A stretch of 63,787 nucleotides of DNA, the filler included, from Pelomyxa schiedti (taxonomy: Eukaryota; Protista; Evosea): NCBI GenBank assembly GCA_020536535.1. It is 4 parts of 4 records of this genome, joined end to end, with 100 filler letters (N's around TTAATTAATTAA, not from the genome) between each part and the next. Parts side by side here need not be neighbours in the genome. Positions count along the whole stretch, not along the records: positions 31,779 to 58,975 come from JAHLWZ010000362.1; 3 more parts are not named here. One strand, given 5' to 3'. Numbering within the stretch: the first letter of the stretch is position 1; each line of letters starts with the position of its first letter. The notes under the pieces are model-generated. The model had not been told where the DNA came from, did no database searches, and saw nothing but the letters and a program-made list of their open reading frames with translations. Position numbers and translations under genes: made by a program. Shown here one piece after another: positions 38,330-50,200 of this stretch.

Positions 38330-41209
38330 TTACATGAAGTGCAAGGGGGTGATGCCGAGGAGCGCGAGTCCGTTACCAATGACGATCCGTGCAGCCCAGA
38401 ATAACAGCATCCTGGCCTCAGCAATCTGTTTGTTTGTTAATGTGTGGGATTTGATTGATGGTGGATGAGAGAGGAGAGGAGACAGTCTCACGTTCTGTTC
38501 TTGGCCTTTGACCATAAGAACCGGGAAAGCCACTCTGACTGCATGTGCGAGTTTGAAGAGGTGGTGGACAAGGGGGCATGGATCCAACTGTTCAAAGCAT
38601 GATCGCACCTGTATTGAAATTTATTATTATGATAATGATTCTCCAACACCAGAAAAGAGATCGGGGTTGTAAACCAGAAACACACAAACATACATACCAC
38701 TTCCGGGTATTTGGCAAGAAGAACGGCGACATGAGATGCCTCCGGCTCGGAAAGAAGGTGAAAGTCAACGGCGTTTGTAACTCTCACTCTGTCGGCATTC
38801 GTTCGTTGAATTCCGCACAGCCGCGCGTGTGTGTATTGAATGTATGGGCCTCCTTTCATGACATCGCAGATTGAGCTGTCATTACTCTGGGTTTTTTTTG
38901 TGAGATAATGTCACCTCAGTCGGGTACTAAGAAACACACTGTGCGGCGCCTCAAACTGCAATACTGGAGGATGACAGCTGACACCCCAAGAATATCGGCA
39001 ATCTAAAACAGGAGGAGGTGACACGTAAATTGGTATTTTGCACTTCAGGAAAGTTTCTTCTTACTTTTTCAGGAGGAGGATTGTTGTAACCAAGCTCGGC
39101 CTGCTTTCCCGCACTTCTGTTTATTGTTTCACGCATCTCGCTCGCAATCTCATCCAGAAACTTCATCGCAGGTTTCTGAAAGTTAATGAGTGGATGGGAA
39201 TTGCGCCAGCAGGAGGTGGGGAGGGAACCACTATCCCAGCTCTGGTCCTGAAAGAACAAACTCCCTCAACGGGGATGTGGGTGCATCTCGAAACCCAATC
39301 ACATTTCATCAGTTCCAACACCTGCAAGTCAAATGATATACATACAACAACGAGTTAATTTCTTCAAGACTCAGACGAAAAGCCGCACGTACTTTGAACA
39401 TTTGCCGGAAGTGCAGCGTTTGGCAAGTTGAGTTGGTAACGTAAAACATCTTGTCAAAGGAATGGGTCTCCCAGCGCTGGACTGCACTGGCTAAATCACG
39501 AATCATATACAAGGTTCTTCCATTTCTTTTTCTCAGTACAACCTCTCCAAGTTTTTGTGCCTTTCTTTTGAGTTATTTGCGTGCAACTATATTAGTGCCT
39601 GTGCATTTGTTGTTTGTTGTTGTTGCCAGTGATGAAGAAAAGGAGTAGTAGTAGGTAATATCGAGAAAAACCTTAACATACATTGAGGTCAACAACTTGG
39701 GCACCTTGTTTTTCAAAAGTGAGGTTGTGTTCACGCAATCTCTGCTCCAGCAAGGATAATCTCGCAGGAGAACACATTTCAGACTCTCCACTCCATACAT
39801 CAAATGTGACATTCAGACGTTTATATATCTGTTTTTTTTTTTTTTAAATGTTTGAAGCATTGGGAACAGAGTAGATGCGTGCCTGTCTCGGCTCTACCAC
39901 AAGGTGATCAGTCAAGTGCTTCCATAAACCAAGAGCTTCGGCATCACCTTTTTTGGATGGGTGTGTGAGTTTCAGACCAACCCCCAACTCCCAGTTTGAC
40001 ACACCATCCTCCATCTGCTTGAAAACAGCAGAATCATCCATCGCTTCTCCCCAATTAGTTTCCCTGGGTATAAGATAGGTGTCAGTCAAATGTTTGACTG
40101 GATTCCGGCTCAGTTCTTCCTCAGATCCGTATTTCTTGAATCCAACTGTCAGTCCCGCTATTTATAAAAGAAATAAGAAGAAAGCAAAGGCAAAACGCCA
40201 GTGAAAGGAGAAAAGGAACACTCACTCACCAAACGGCGTTCCCCAATCTCCCAGCCAGTTCATGGAGAGAACGTTGAAACCAAAGGCCACGTGTATGTTC
40301 TTGATGAAATTACCTACAATCGTTGATCTCAGGTTACAAGTGTCAAAGGTCTTATTGATGTTCGGGGAGCTGAATTCCACAATCACATTTTTTCCTCAAA
40401 CTCAAATTAGGGTGACGATGGTTGTCGTGTAATTAATTTAATTAACCCCCTTCCCACAAGAAAAGGAAAATCAGAACAACAAAACAATAAATCAAAGTTG
40501 TAATACCGTGGCCAAGGGTTTTCCAAGTGCCAAAAGATTCCCTCTTCTCAAATATTTCAGTCAAAATCATCTTGGTGACTGCAACTGGATGGACGTGGAT
40601 GTTGATATACATTCCAATGGCATCGGCTTTTGCAACATAGGTCCCAGGTTGAATCTGAGGGAGCGGGGGGAAAAACAGACACAGATAAAAATCACAATGT
40701 GTGGGGCCATCACAAGCTGGGACTTACCGACGCAGCCCATTTACGAGCCACAAGAGCGGGGTGTTGTTCTGCTGGAAAGTTGTCAAATTTAGCCAACTTG
40801 GCGACTGGAACCGCAAAGTCCCCATGCACCTACACACACCCACAGAGATTATTAATACGCCCATAAGTTATAACTACCGTTTACAGCGCACACGCACACG
40901 CACACACGCTACCCTGTTGTGTGGGTACACAATGGCCCGGAGCAACGACGCCATTGTGGGATGGTCACTATCATCAGCCTCGCCGGTGGCTGTTGTGGGC
41001 ACGCGGCCCGGCGTTGCCGTCCCCGACGACGACAACAGCAAGGCGCTGGCCAGGTGCCCCGCGATCTCGCGCCTCACCGCGTCCATGGGCACCCCCACGG
41101 CCACGGCCCCAGGCAGCTCTGCCCGACTTGGGGTGACACGCCGCCGCTCCTCCATCCTCGCCGCCGCCGTGGTTGTTGCTGTTGCTGTTGTGCTTGCGGG
41201 TGCATACAT
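38330..41209 (-). CDS. Divergent arginyl-tRNA synthetase paralog with degenerate HIGH motif
   Basis: VIVEFSSPNINKTF-DTCN-LRSTIVG, NWLGDWG, SGES, TLYMIRDLA, QTLHFRQMF, GPYIQYTHARL, and a DALR-type C-terminus ARMLLFWAARIVIGNGLALLGITPLHFM*. Confidence 0.85.
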
Positions 41210-41387
41210 CGCCGTTCGACGTTCGACGCCGATGATGAAGCGGACTCGGAATTACGGTAATATTCTTGGACAATCACTGGACAGGGAGTCCCATAGTTAA
41301 ATATTTGCTCATGGCACGACACCTGTCCGTCCTGTGCCAAGGGCTGATCATCAAAAGTGTTTGGGGTTACACGAAACCCTCAGGGTA

Positions 41388-42602
41388 ATGAACGGGGCCG
41401 GCGCCGTCCGTTCCTCAGTATCGCTTCGTAATCGTAGCGAGCACCGTGTTTATGATCAGATTGACGCGAGGATGCAGTTCGTTTCGTTTGCTGCCGGAAC
41501 ACTTGTGGGACGGTGCGGCGGCAACTGGTCCGTGGTCTCGGTTCTCTCTCCGCCGTTGTTGGCGCTCATCGGCGAGTGGGTCGTGTTTCCTCATCTCTGC
41601 GCTGTCGTGCTCCTGGCTGGCCCTTATGGGATACCCCCCACGCAGCACGTAATGTTCACTTTGTCACCAACCCTGGGCCTCGTTGATTACCCTTCTGTGG
41701 TCGACTTTGGGCTGATGAATCGTTTCCGTGGGTGGGTTGGCCCGAGCTGTTCTCGTCCGCTTCATCCTAGTAATGATCATTATGGGTCACGTGGGTGCTG
41801 GCGATTCGCTGTTGTAAACGATGGTGGCTCTGGATTGGGTTACAACATCAGTGTTATTGACACAGGGAATGGGGCAGCAGAAATCATCACGAAGAATAGA
41901 ATGAGCATGTCTGACATCTGGAAGAACAACTGGAAGTGGGGTGTGCTTGTTGACAACAAGCACAGGGCAATGACACTGTGGAACTTTGAACTTCTGTTGG
42001 GCTCCGAATGTTGTGGTGTGAGGGAAGCGAATGGAACGATGGATCTGCCATGGAGTGTGTCATCCTTTGCTTTTGATGGCACTGATTTCATGGTTTTCAT
42101 GCTGAATCCCACTGACGAACAAGCAAGCTTCTCCCGCAGTCAGAAACTGGTCACTGTGGACTTGCAGGCCAGTTGGGAGCAGCAAAGAGTTGTTGTCACA
42201 GGCTCACCAACGCTGTTTATTGGAGAAGCTGGAGCAATCTGGTGTTGGCGTGGGAATGTGTACACAACAACCCGGGATGGGTCGCTGTGTTGCATTACCA
42301 CTGGCCAAGTCACAACGTCCCACAAGGGAAACCAGGTGCTGAACCCAATTGGTGGCCCATACTTCTCAACCAAGTCGTTTTCCTGCTTTCCAAAGGAGGT
42401 CTACAGCGTTGAGGAACCAACAAAGCTGTGCCACAGGCACAAAGTTGACCGCGGATCAATACATTTGGCTCATGAGCTTGGCGTGAGGGACCCAGGCTGG
42501 GCCAAGAAGAACAGATACTTTGAAATTGTTGATGCTGTTTCTGGATCGTCTGTCTTCAAGATGAGAATCGAGGGCGACTTCTGTGTTTCAAATCTGTGGT
42601 GA
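41388..42602 (+). CDS. Intronless lineage-specific family protein (conserved N-terminal ARxQF..GRCG motif, beta-rich C-terminus)
   Basis: Single ORF of about 404 aa, paralogous to 42802-43980 and 62288-63231. Confidence 0.8.
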   Translation: MNGAGAVRSSVSLRNRSEHRVYDQIDARMQFVSFAAGTLVGRCGGNWSVVSVLSPPLLALIGEWVVFPHLCAVVLLAGPYGIPPTQHVMFTLSPTLGLVDYPSVVDFGLMNRFRGWVGPSCSRPLHPSNDHYGSRGCWRFAVVNDGGSGLGYNISVIDTGNGAAEIITKNRMSMSDIWKNNWKWGVLVDNKHRAMTLWNFELLLGSECCGVREANGTMDLPWSVSSFAFDGTDFMVFMLNPTDEQASFSRSQKLVTVDLQASWEQQRVVVTGSPTLFIGEAGAIWCWRGNVYTTTRDGSLCCITTGQVTTSHKGNQVLNPIGGPYFSTKSFSCFPKEVYSVEEPTKLCHRHKVDRGSIHLAHELGVRDPGWAKKNRYFEIVDAVSGSSVFKMRIEGDFCVSNLW

Positions 42603-42801
42603 GAATATTGAGGAATAGCCAGTTTTCTTCCTGTGATTATTTAAAACCAGAAACTAAAGGGAAACCTTGCACCCCAGACAGTGACATAAAACTCATCTAA
42701 GCTAATTTCAAACAATACAGCAGTATTGTTTGAAGAGGTGCACTTTTTAGAAGAGGTGAATAAAACCACTACTTACTTTTTTCACTCTGCAACTTACTCA
42801 C

Positions 42802-43980
42802 TCAACAGACTCTTTCCAGGGAGCCTTTGATTCTCATCTTGAAGACGACGAAAGATCCACCAACTGCATCCAGCACCTCAATGCCCTCGTCACCTGTTTG
42901 TTTCACGGCCAGCTCCTGGGCACACGCAACCTTTGATCCACCACCAATATCCACTCGGCAGCACATTCTCATGGGCTCCAGAACGCTGTACACCTCTGTT
43001 GCTCTACCAGAAGCGTAGGACTTGCTGGAGAAGTATGGCCCACCAATAGGCCTCAGAACCTCCTGGAACATGTTGTGTTGCTTGGTCTTCTGCCCGGTGT
43101 TGATGCAGAACAGTGACCCGTCCCACGTAGTTGTGTACACCATCCCACACCAGCACCACATGGTCCCTGTGTTTGCCTCCAGAAACGTGGTGGGTGGGCA
43201 ACCTGCAACCACAGATTGCTGTTCCCAAGTGGCCTTCAAATCAATTGTCACAAGCATGAACACTGCACTTGCTTGAACCTTCCTGGCATCCAGCATGAGA
43301 ACAAGAAAGTCGGTGCCATTGAAAGCACATGACTTCACCTGTTCCCTCCAAGGCAGAGGCATTCCCTCCACCTTCCTGGCACCACCACCACCAACAGAAC
43401 CCCCCAGTCCTTCAAAGTTCCACAGAGTCATTGACTGGACATTGTCCCACCCTTTCACTGGCACAAGCACACCCCACTTCCTGTTGCTGTCCCACAAGTC
43501 TGAAATGCTCATCCTGTTCCTGATGGTCGCCACAACCCCGTTCCCTGCGTCCGTGTCGATCACGCTGTGGTTGAATGACAGATAGTAGCCACCGGGGCTG
43601 TGGAGAGTGTCGCTGACAACGGCGAACCGGCGAGCGAGTGTCCCATAATCGAGGGAACGGGCGGGCCCAACCCAGCCACGGAAATCGTTGTTTGGGCCAA
43701 AGTCGGCGGGAGAAGGGCCATCGACGAGGCCAAGGGTCGGTGACACCGTGAACGTGAAGAATCTGTGGCTGCGGCTGCTCCCACAATCGAGGGACATGTG
43801 CACGACCACGCAGCGATCGGGGGACACGACCCACCGCCGGCCGATCAGCGTCAACAACCACGGCGACAGGCTGGAGACTGGCGACCTGCTGCCTCCACCC
43901 CCGCACCGTCCCACAATCGCGCCCACAGCAAGCGACACAAATTGCGCTCTCGCTTCGGTTTGATCATAGACATCCATCAT
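42802..43980 (-). CDS. Intronless lineage-specific family protein (convergent paralog)
   Basis: ARAQFVSLAVGAIVGRCG..SPVSSLSPWLLTLIGRRWVV, SPTLGLVD, NRKWGVLV, MTLWNFE, PIGGPYFS. Confidence 0.8.
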   Translation of the reverse strand: MMDVYDQTEARAQFVSLAVGAIVGRCGGGGSRSPVSSLSPWLLTLIGRRWVVSPDRCVVVHMSLDCGSSRSHRFFTFTVSPTLGLVDGPSPADFGPNNDFRGWVGPARSLDYGTLARRFAVVSDTLHSPGGYYLSFNHSVIDTDAGNGVVATIRNRMSISDLWDSNRKWGVLVPVKGWDNVQSMTLWNFEGLGGSVGGGGARKVEGMPLPWREQVKSCAFNGTDFLVLMLDARKVQASAVFMLVTIDLKATWEQQSVVAGCPPTTFLEANTGTMWCWCGMVYTTTWDGSLFCINTGQKTKQHNMFQEVLRPIGGPYFSSKSYASGRATEVYSVLEPMRMCCRVDIGGGSKVACAQELAVKQTGDEGIEVLDAVGGSFVVFKMRIKGSLERVC

Positions 43981-44216
43981 CAAATTTTTTATTTTCGACG
44001 AACAGAATGTTGATGACGATGGACGCAGCACCGTTTGTTTTAGACTGTCTAAAACACCTCACCCGGTGTTACACCAACAACAAAACAACAAACGGTTTCT
44101 CCCTTTCTATCTATCTTTCTTTCTTTGCCTCCTGGCATACAAAAGAAGAGACTTTTGTTGGGATGTACGGATAGTGTCTACGACTGGCGACAGCGACTCC
44201 ATTCACTCGTCACTGG

Positions 44217-47200
44217 TCACCATTCTTCAGCAAGGTAGTCGGTCCTTCTTGTGATGAGCTGGGAATCCAATTCAAGCCCGTGTGATGTCACATCCATCAG
44301 GAGCCTGGTGGTTTGATGGTTAGGAGGAGTGTTAGTGGACTGTGCAGAGCGCAGGGTGTTGGTTGGTTGGTTGAATGTGTGTTGAATGGATTTTGCCTTT
44401 GGTGCGCGGTTCTTGCACATTTGTTTGTGTATTTTACGGTACTGTAGTATGGCAGGTGGTGGGGAGAAAAACCGGGTGTAGTTGGAAATGTCGAGGAATA
44501 AATCTCTTCCACGCCTCAACTCGGGATCAGGCTCCCCATATTGGTCAAGAAACAGAGTGTTTGTTGTTCCGGTCCAGTATCTTTATTTATCATGGTGAGG
44601 AAAAAGAAGAGAGTTCGAGCACAGACAAACCGGGAAACAACAAAGCAGACTGAGTATTTTAGCATCAGGCAGACTCCTTCTCCGCCGGAACAAACTTGTG
44701 CATGCTGTAGGAGAATCGGAAAATGATTTTGAGGGTGCGGAATACACACTTCGTATCCTTCAGGGCCACAACACTTGCTGCCGGGGCAAACGATCGCTCC
44801 GCAAAGCAGACACAGTGACACACTCTCGGGGTGCTGCCGGCAAACATTGCACACAGCTGATTGGAGCCGAATCAGCACATCTTGGAAACGAGGAGGAAGC
44901 GGAATTAGCGAGAACGGCAATGCCGGAGCAAACGGCAGAGGTTTATATGGAGAGGTTTTCATTACGTCAAACGTGAGCTGAGAACACCATTGACTCACAA
45001 GAGGCTTGAGACTCTCTGGAAAACCTTTTAATAAAAAAGGGAGGGCTGATCACCACCTACCTTCCGTGCACAACCAGACGGACTGGGGAATCTTCAAGGC
45101 ATTGGAAAGAGAGTCGCAAGACATTTCATGTGGTTCGATGTCGGACACAAGTCCCATGGCCTTTCTGGAGTCAAAGGAGGTTTTCTTTTATTTTGAATCG
45201 TACCTTTTGAAGAATGTAGGTCCTCCGCAAGAAAGGAACTGCCAAAACTTTCACAATGTCAAAGACCGGCACGCCGTCAGCAAGCATTTTCCTGATCGCC
45301 GGTGCCATCGACACTGTGTGTGTGCAAACTGGTCAGAAAAATACCGAGAAATTAACTATTTGCCTGAGAAATGTCGTGCACAGTGGGTACCAAGTGATGG
45401 TGGAATTATCTGGAACCAACTCTCAAAACCGGTGGTATTCAGTGCGCAAGTTTCACATTGATCCATCAAGTGAACAATCAACTGTTGGGAAGGTGAGTTG
45501 TTTCTAAGCAGTGGGAGTGGGAGAGAAACACCTGAGCAATGTGTGCCAACAGTACCATGCAGGTCAAGTTTGAGAATTGTTGTGCGGGCAAATGAACAGC
45601 AAGTTTGACCAAAACACAGAAAAGGTCTGATGCTGGAGATATAAGGGGGAAGGGAGGAAGACCTTGCTCCTCGGAGATTTCCGGCTCCTCCCTCTCCTGA
45701 ACTTGCTGTTGCCCTGGTTCATTGGCATTGCCTTCGGCACTTCCAATTTCTTCATCCTCGTCTTCATCTTCCTCCTCCCTGTCATCAACATCAGATACTT
45801 CCTCCCAGTCATCCTCAAATTCCAAGAAATCTCCATCTTCTGCAATAATCCCTTCTCCCTCCATCATTCTGGTGACCATTGCCAAATCCTCCTCATTTTC
45901 TTCAGGTTGGTGCACTGCTGGTTCACTGGGCTTGATATTTGCGGCTGCTTCTTCTGCGGGTGATGGTAGTTTCATTGTGCTATCTTCTGCGTTGTGGGAT
46001 GAATCTTCCGGAATGGGAATGCTGATTCCAAGCCAAGTTAAAAGATGGCGCATTGTGGGAAATTTCCCACTCAACGATTTGGAAGCAAGAGCGGTAGCAG
46101 CATCTGAGAGTGACGAAAGAAGTGCTATTTGGTTCCTCCAATGGTCAATACCAGTTTTTGGATCGCGGAAACACAACTGACAAACTGTGAGGAAAAAAGA
46201 AAGGCTGCTGATGCGTTTGAAAAATACCTCAGTGTTCATGATGGAACTCGTGAGGAAATTACACAATGTCACAGTGGTGTCATCCACTGAAAAAGTTCTG
46301 GACTGTGTGAAAATTATGTTCAGGTGGCGAACAAATTCTTGAACTTGTTTCACTAAAGAATCGGTTTATGTTGGGAAGAAATTTCAAATGTTCAAAAGAG
46401 AAATTACCTCCCACCGAGTTCTGCTGTGAACGCAAAGGTGGGTGCGAGAAGAGTTGTGAGAAGGTAGAAGCCAGTTGTGCAACAATCAACTGGGGACTGG
46501 GACACACAGTGGGTGAAGAAACCATTTGTCCCAGGCAACCAGCTGCTCCGGGGAGGATGGGTAATGCCGAATTTGAAAGGCGACTGAAAAACAAATTAGA
46601 GAGATAAGAGATAACAGCATGAGGAGTGAACCGGCAGATAGGGCACATAATCTCCCCGAATACATTGTTTACTTCATGTGATTTGTGGAGGTACGTTTTG
46701 TAACCTGTGTGTGGATGGGGTAAGTTCTTTGGGACGAACAGCACAGTCATACATACAGGTCCAGTGAATCAGATGACGGCACCCATTCAGCGCCAGTGAA
46801 GAATTGAACTCCTGATTCGTGAAATACGGATTGCTGCTAGTCATTCTCGCGGTGCTGTTCCTTTGTCTTTTTGAGATTGAGAAGCCAGTAACAGTGTTAA
46901 AAAAGGTGAGAACAAAAACTTTCACTGCACTCACTCGTTGGTTGTTGGTTCTGAATTACTGCTCTGAGGAGAAGGAAGGTTCCATGTTCCATCAGGGTCA
47001 ACAGATCCCCACTTGCTTGGGTCAATGGCCTGCATGGTGGGTGAGATTAGGTATGACTATGTTCAACAAGTGTTTTACACCTTTCTTCGGGCAAGGGCAA
47101 GAAGGTTTGACTTGTGTATCAAGACAAGCTGTGACAACGGTGCAGCTTCTGTGCTTGGCTGTTTGCATAAAAGGCAAAGTTGTTGCTGTTGGTTCTCATC

Positions 47201-50200
47201 ATCTGTATGGTGAGTCTCTGTGGCAGTGGGGTTCACGGTTGAAGGGGGAGCTGCTGCACTTTTTTCGGTCTCAGAAATGGTTTTTAAGAATTGTTCTTGC
47301 TGGTTCCTTGTTGGGTTTGAGTGAGGAAATCCAGTTGACTGGAGTGAGGGAAAAGTAACCTCATTTTTTCAAGCAGAGCTGCCTGCCTTCTCTGAGCCTC
47401 TCGTTTTCGATCTGATTGCAAAGAAGAGACTGATGAAGGTGAGATCTATCTTCAAAATGAGTCGAATCTGCATCTAGGACGTCAACCAATTTTATACTTC
47501 TGAAGATCCTGCCAGGATGATGTGCTTGTGAACGAACTCTGGATGTAACCTTTGCAGGGAAGACTTGAGGACTGCGTTATGCCCATACAGTTCACATATA
47601 AGTTTTATCATCGAATTCTGCACCAAAAACAAACAAGAGTTTAAGGGATATCAACAGTCAATTTTCAAAAGCAAGAATGAGCAGGAGGAGGTACCTTCAA
47701 CTCTTGATGTAAAACGATCTCTTCTTTTGTTGCTAGATCCAATAGCAGAAGACCAACTTCCGAGTTGCAATTGAACCACTGCTCCGGGTGAGGATTTGGA
47801 ATTGGGTTGCTGATCATCAACCACATCAGCCGAACACAGGAATGGACAAGGAAATCAGAAAATCTGTTGAGAGTTGAGTTGATGTCAGTTGTCAGGTGGT
47901 GTGGTTGGATACAACAAAGGTGGAGATGATTTTGAGGGTAGTGGGCACAGTGCATACATGTTGGGGCTCTTAGAAAAGGCTGTAAGACAAGTTTTCAAGA
48001 GCTGCTGAAGCTCCAGAGAATGAAGAAGAGAGAGCAGAGGTTGGTACTGCCTGTTCAGTGGTGGTAGTTGTGTCCCCGACCACAGGGGTAAGAGCGGGGT
48101 TGCATTTGCCGATGCTGAACTTTTCTTCTTTCGGAATTCCATAAGCCTACCAAAGAGAGAGCTTAGATTTTTTCTCAAAAAAAGTTGTTGAATGGAGTAT
48201 ACATTTCTATTGCTTGTTGCCTTTCACGAGCAAGGAGTGCTGTCCACGCATCAAACTCAGTCCAACAAGATTCTTTCAAATGATATTGGCCTGGTCTAAA
48301 GAGAACAAGGGTGTGACAAGAAATTCATTTTATAAACACACATAGTTGGAGGAAGATGTACTTGTGAGTGGGCTTCGAAAACGTTGAAACATGTGAGAGT
48401 ATTTTTTCAGTGAGGTCCTCACCAACAGGGATGATATCACCTCCCAGGGACTTCCAAATCTGGATCCAGATTGGTATCATCAAAGAATAGAAAGAATAGA
48501 GATGGAGATGTGTGCAGCGCATCTGCCAATTCTACCTTGCTGTGAGTGGTTGGCTGTTGAGCAAGAAGCTGAATCAACTTTTTCCTCATTTCTTGCTCCA
48601 GTGAGTTGTGTGGGGCAGTATGGGTGCGAGACTGGATGATCACAATGAGTAGACTAATCACTCCTTCGATGTTTGATGCCTGAGGTGCAGAAGGGGAATG
48701 ATTACAGGTGAGTCACTCAGGTAAGGGCATGGCAAACTTACTGCTGCTTTGTCCCACTGTGGCTCTGTGGTATTAGAATCTTCTGGCTGTGGTTGCTGTG
48801 TGCAAAGAGCCCCAAAATAGCGTTGCAGGCCAAATGAGACAACGAGACGATGCAAAAAAGCTTCAGGACCAAAAATGCAGCAGGCTGAGAGAGAGGAGGA
48901 CAAGTTGTTAGTTGCATCATTGAAAAAAGAGGTGAGAAAGCACGCACCAACTTGTATGAGATGGACATCAAGTGACTTGATGTTGCAATTGTCCAGTGCG
49001 TAATAACTTGCTTTGTCCACCATTTCATAGCCGTTGTACACCCACTTTCCTTTTGGAGGGAGTGGTTTTTTTAAGAAAAAATGGAGATAAATAGAAACTT
49101 GCCAGCAAGAACTTCGGCTTCCCAAACCTTGAAAGGTTGTTAGTGTTTTGAACTTGTGATTTTTACATGCCTGCAAGTTAAGAGGCTGCTGGAACACAAT
49201 TTCAATTTGACTGGGTGTCAGAAAGGAAAGGAAGTTGCCGAAAGTAGGCGTGTTGTTGGGGATGAGAAAGTGTGGGTTTTCTGTTTCATTCAGAACATGG
49301 TAAATGATCAAACTCAAAATCCGACTTGGGCAGGTTATGAAGAAAAGTGAGAAAAGGGGATGATATACTGAAGTGGAATAAACATCGATATGGGCTGTAT
49401 ATCAACTGTGTTTTCCGTGAGAGAGTTCGAAATGAAAGATGAAAAGGAGGAGGCACACCAGAACTCAAAGGGGAAGGGAGATGCATTGCACGTTGCTCCA
49501 TTGCAGTACTTATAAGCTTCAAGATATTCTATATATTCAAAGTGGGTGAGTAAGAAGAACTTTAAACTGTACTGTAAAATCTACAGACCCCAAGCTGTTG
49601 TGGGTTGCTCGACTTCGAGATTGCCTTGGCCATTACAGGGAAAGCCTCAACTGAAACCAACTCGAATTGTTGAATCTCAACCCACTGCCTGGATTCCGTG
49701 AAGTCATGAGCTGCAGGCTCGCGCACTTGCCCATCCACACCCTGCAATAGAGAAAGTTGTTCCACCCTGTATTTTCTTTTAATTAAAAGAAGAAAAAATA
49801 GAATCATCCCAACCAGTTTTGTAAAATATCGGGCCGGTTGGTGCACACATCCCTGGATTGTTGTTAGTCATACACAACTGATGGATTTATTGAGTAATAC
49901 CTGGCAATGTCCTCATGTTGAAGTGCCGAATAGAAATCCGAGAGCAGTGCTGGAAAAGGGTGGGAAAAACGAATGAGATCTTTGAATAACATATTTGGTT
50001 GTAGTGCCTGTCACTTACCGTTGGTTAACTCAGATGTATTGTTCAGGTTGGCATAAGTCTTCTAGAGTGAACAGGAGGGTTTTTATTGGAAAAGACACAC
50101 ATTATCAGCAGAAGTGGTCAATGCGGTCTTAAAAAGGGTCACCAAATTTCTGCTCAAATTCAGGAGAAATCCACTGGAACCAGTCAGTAAATTTCACACC

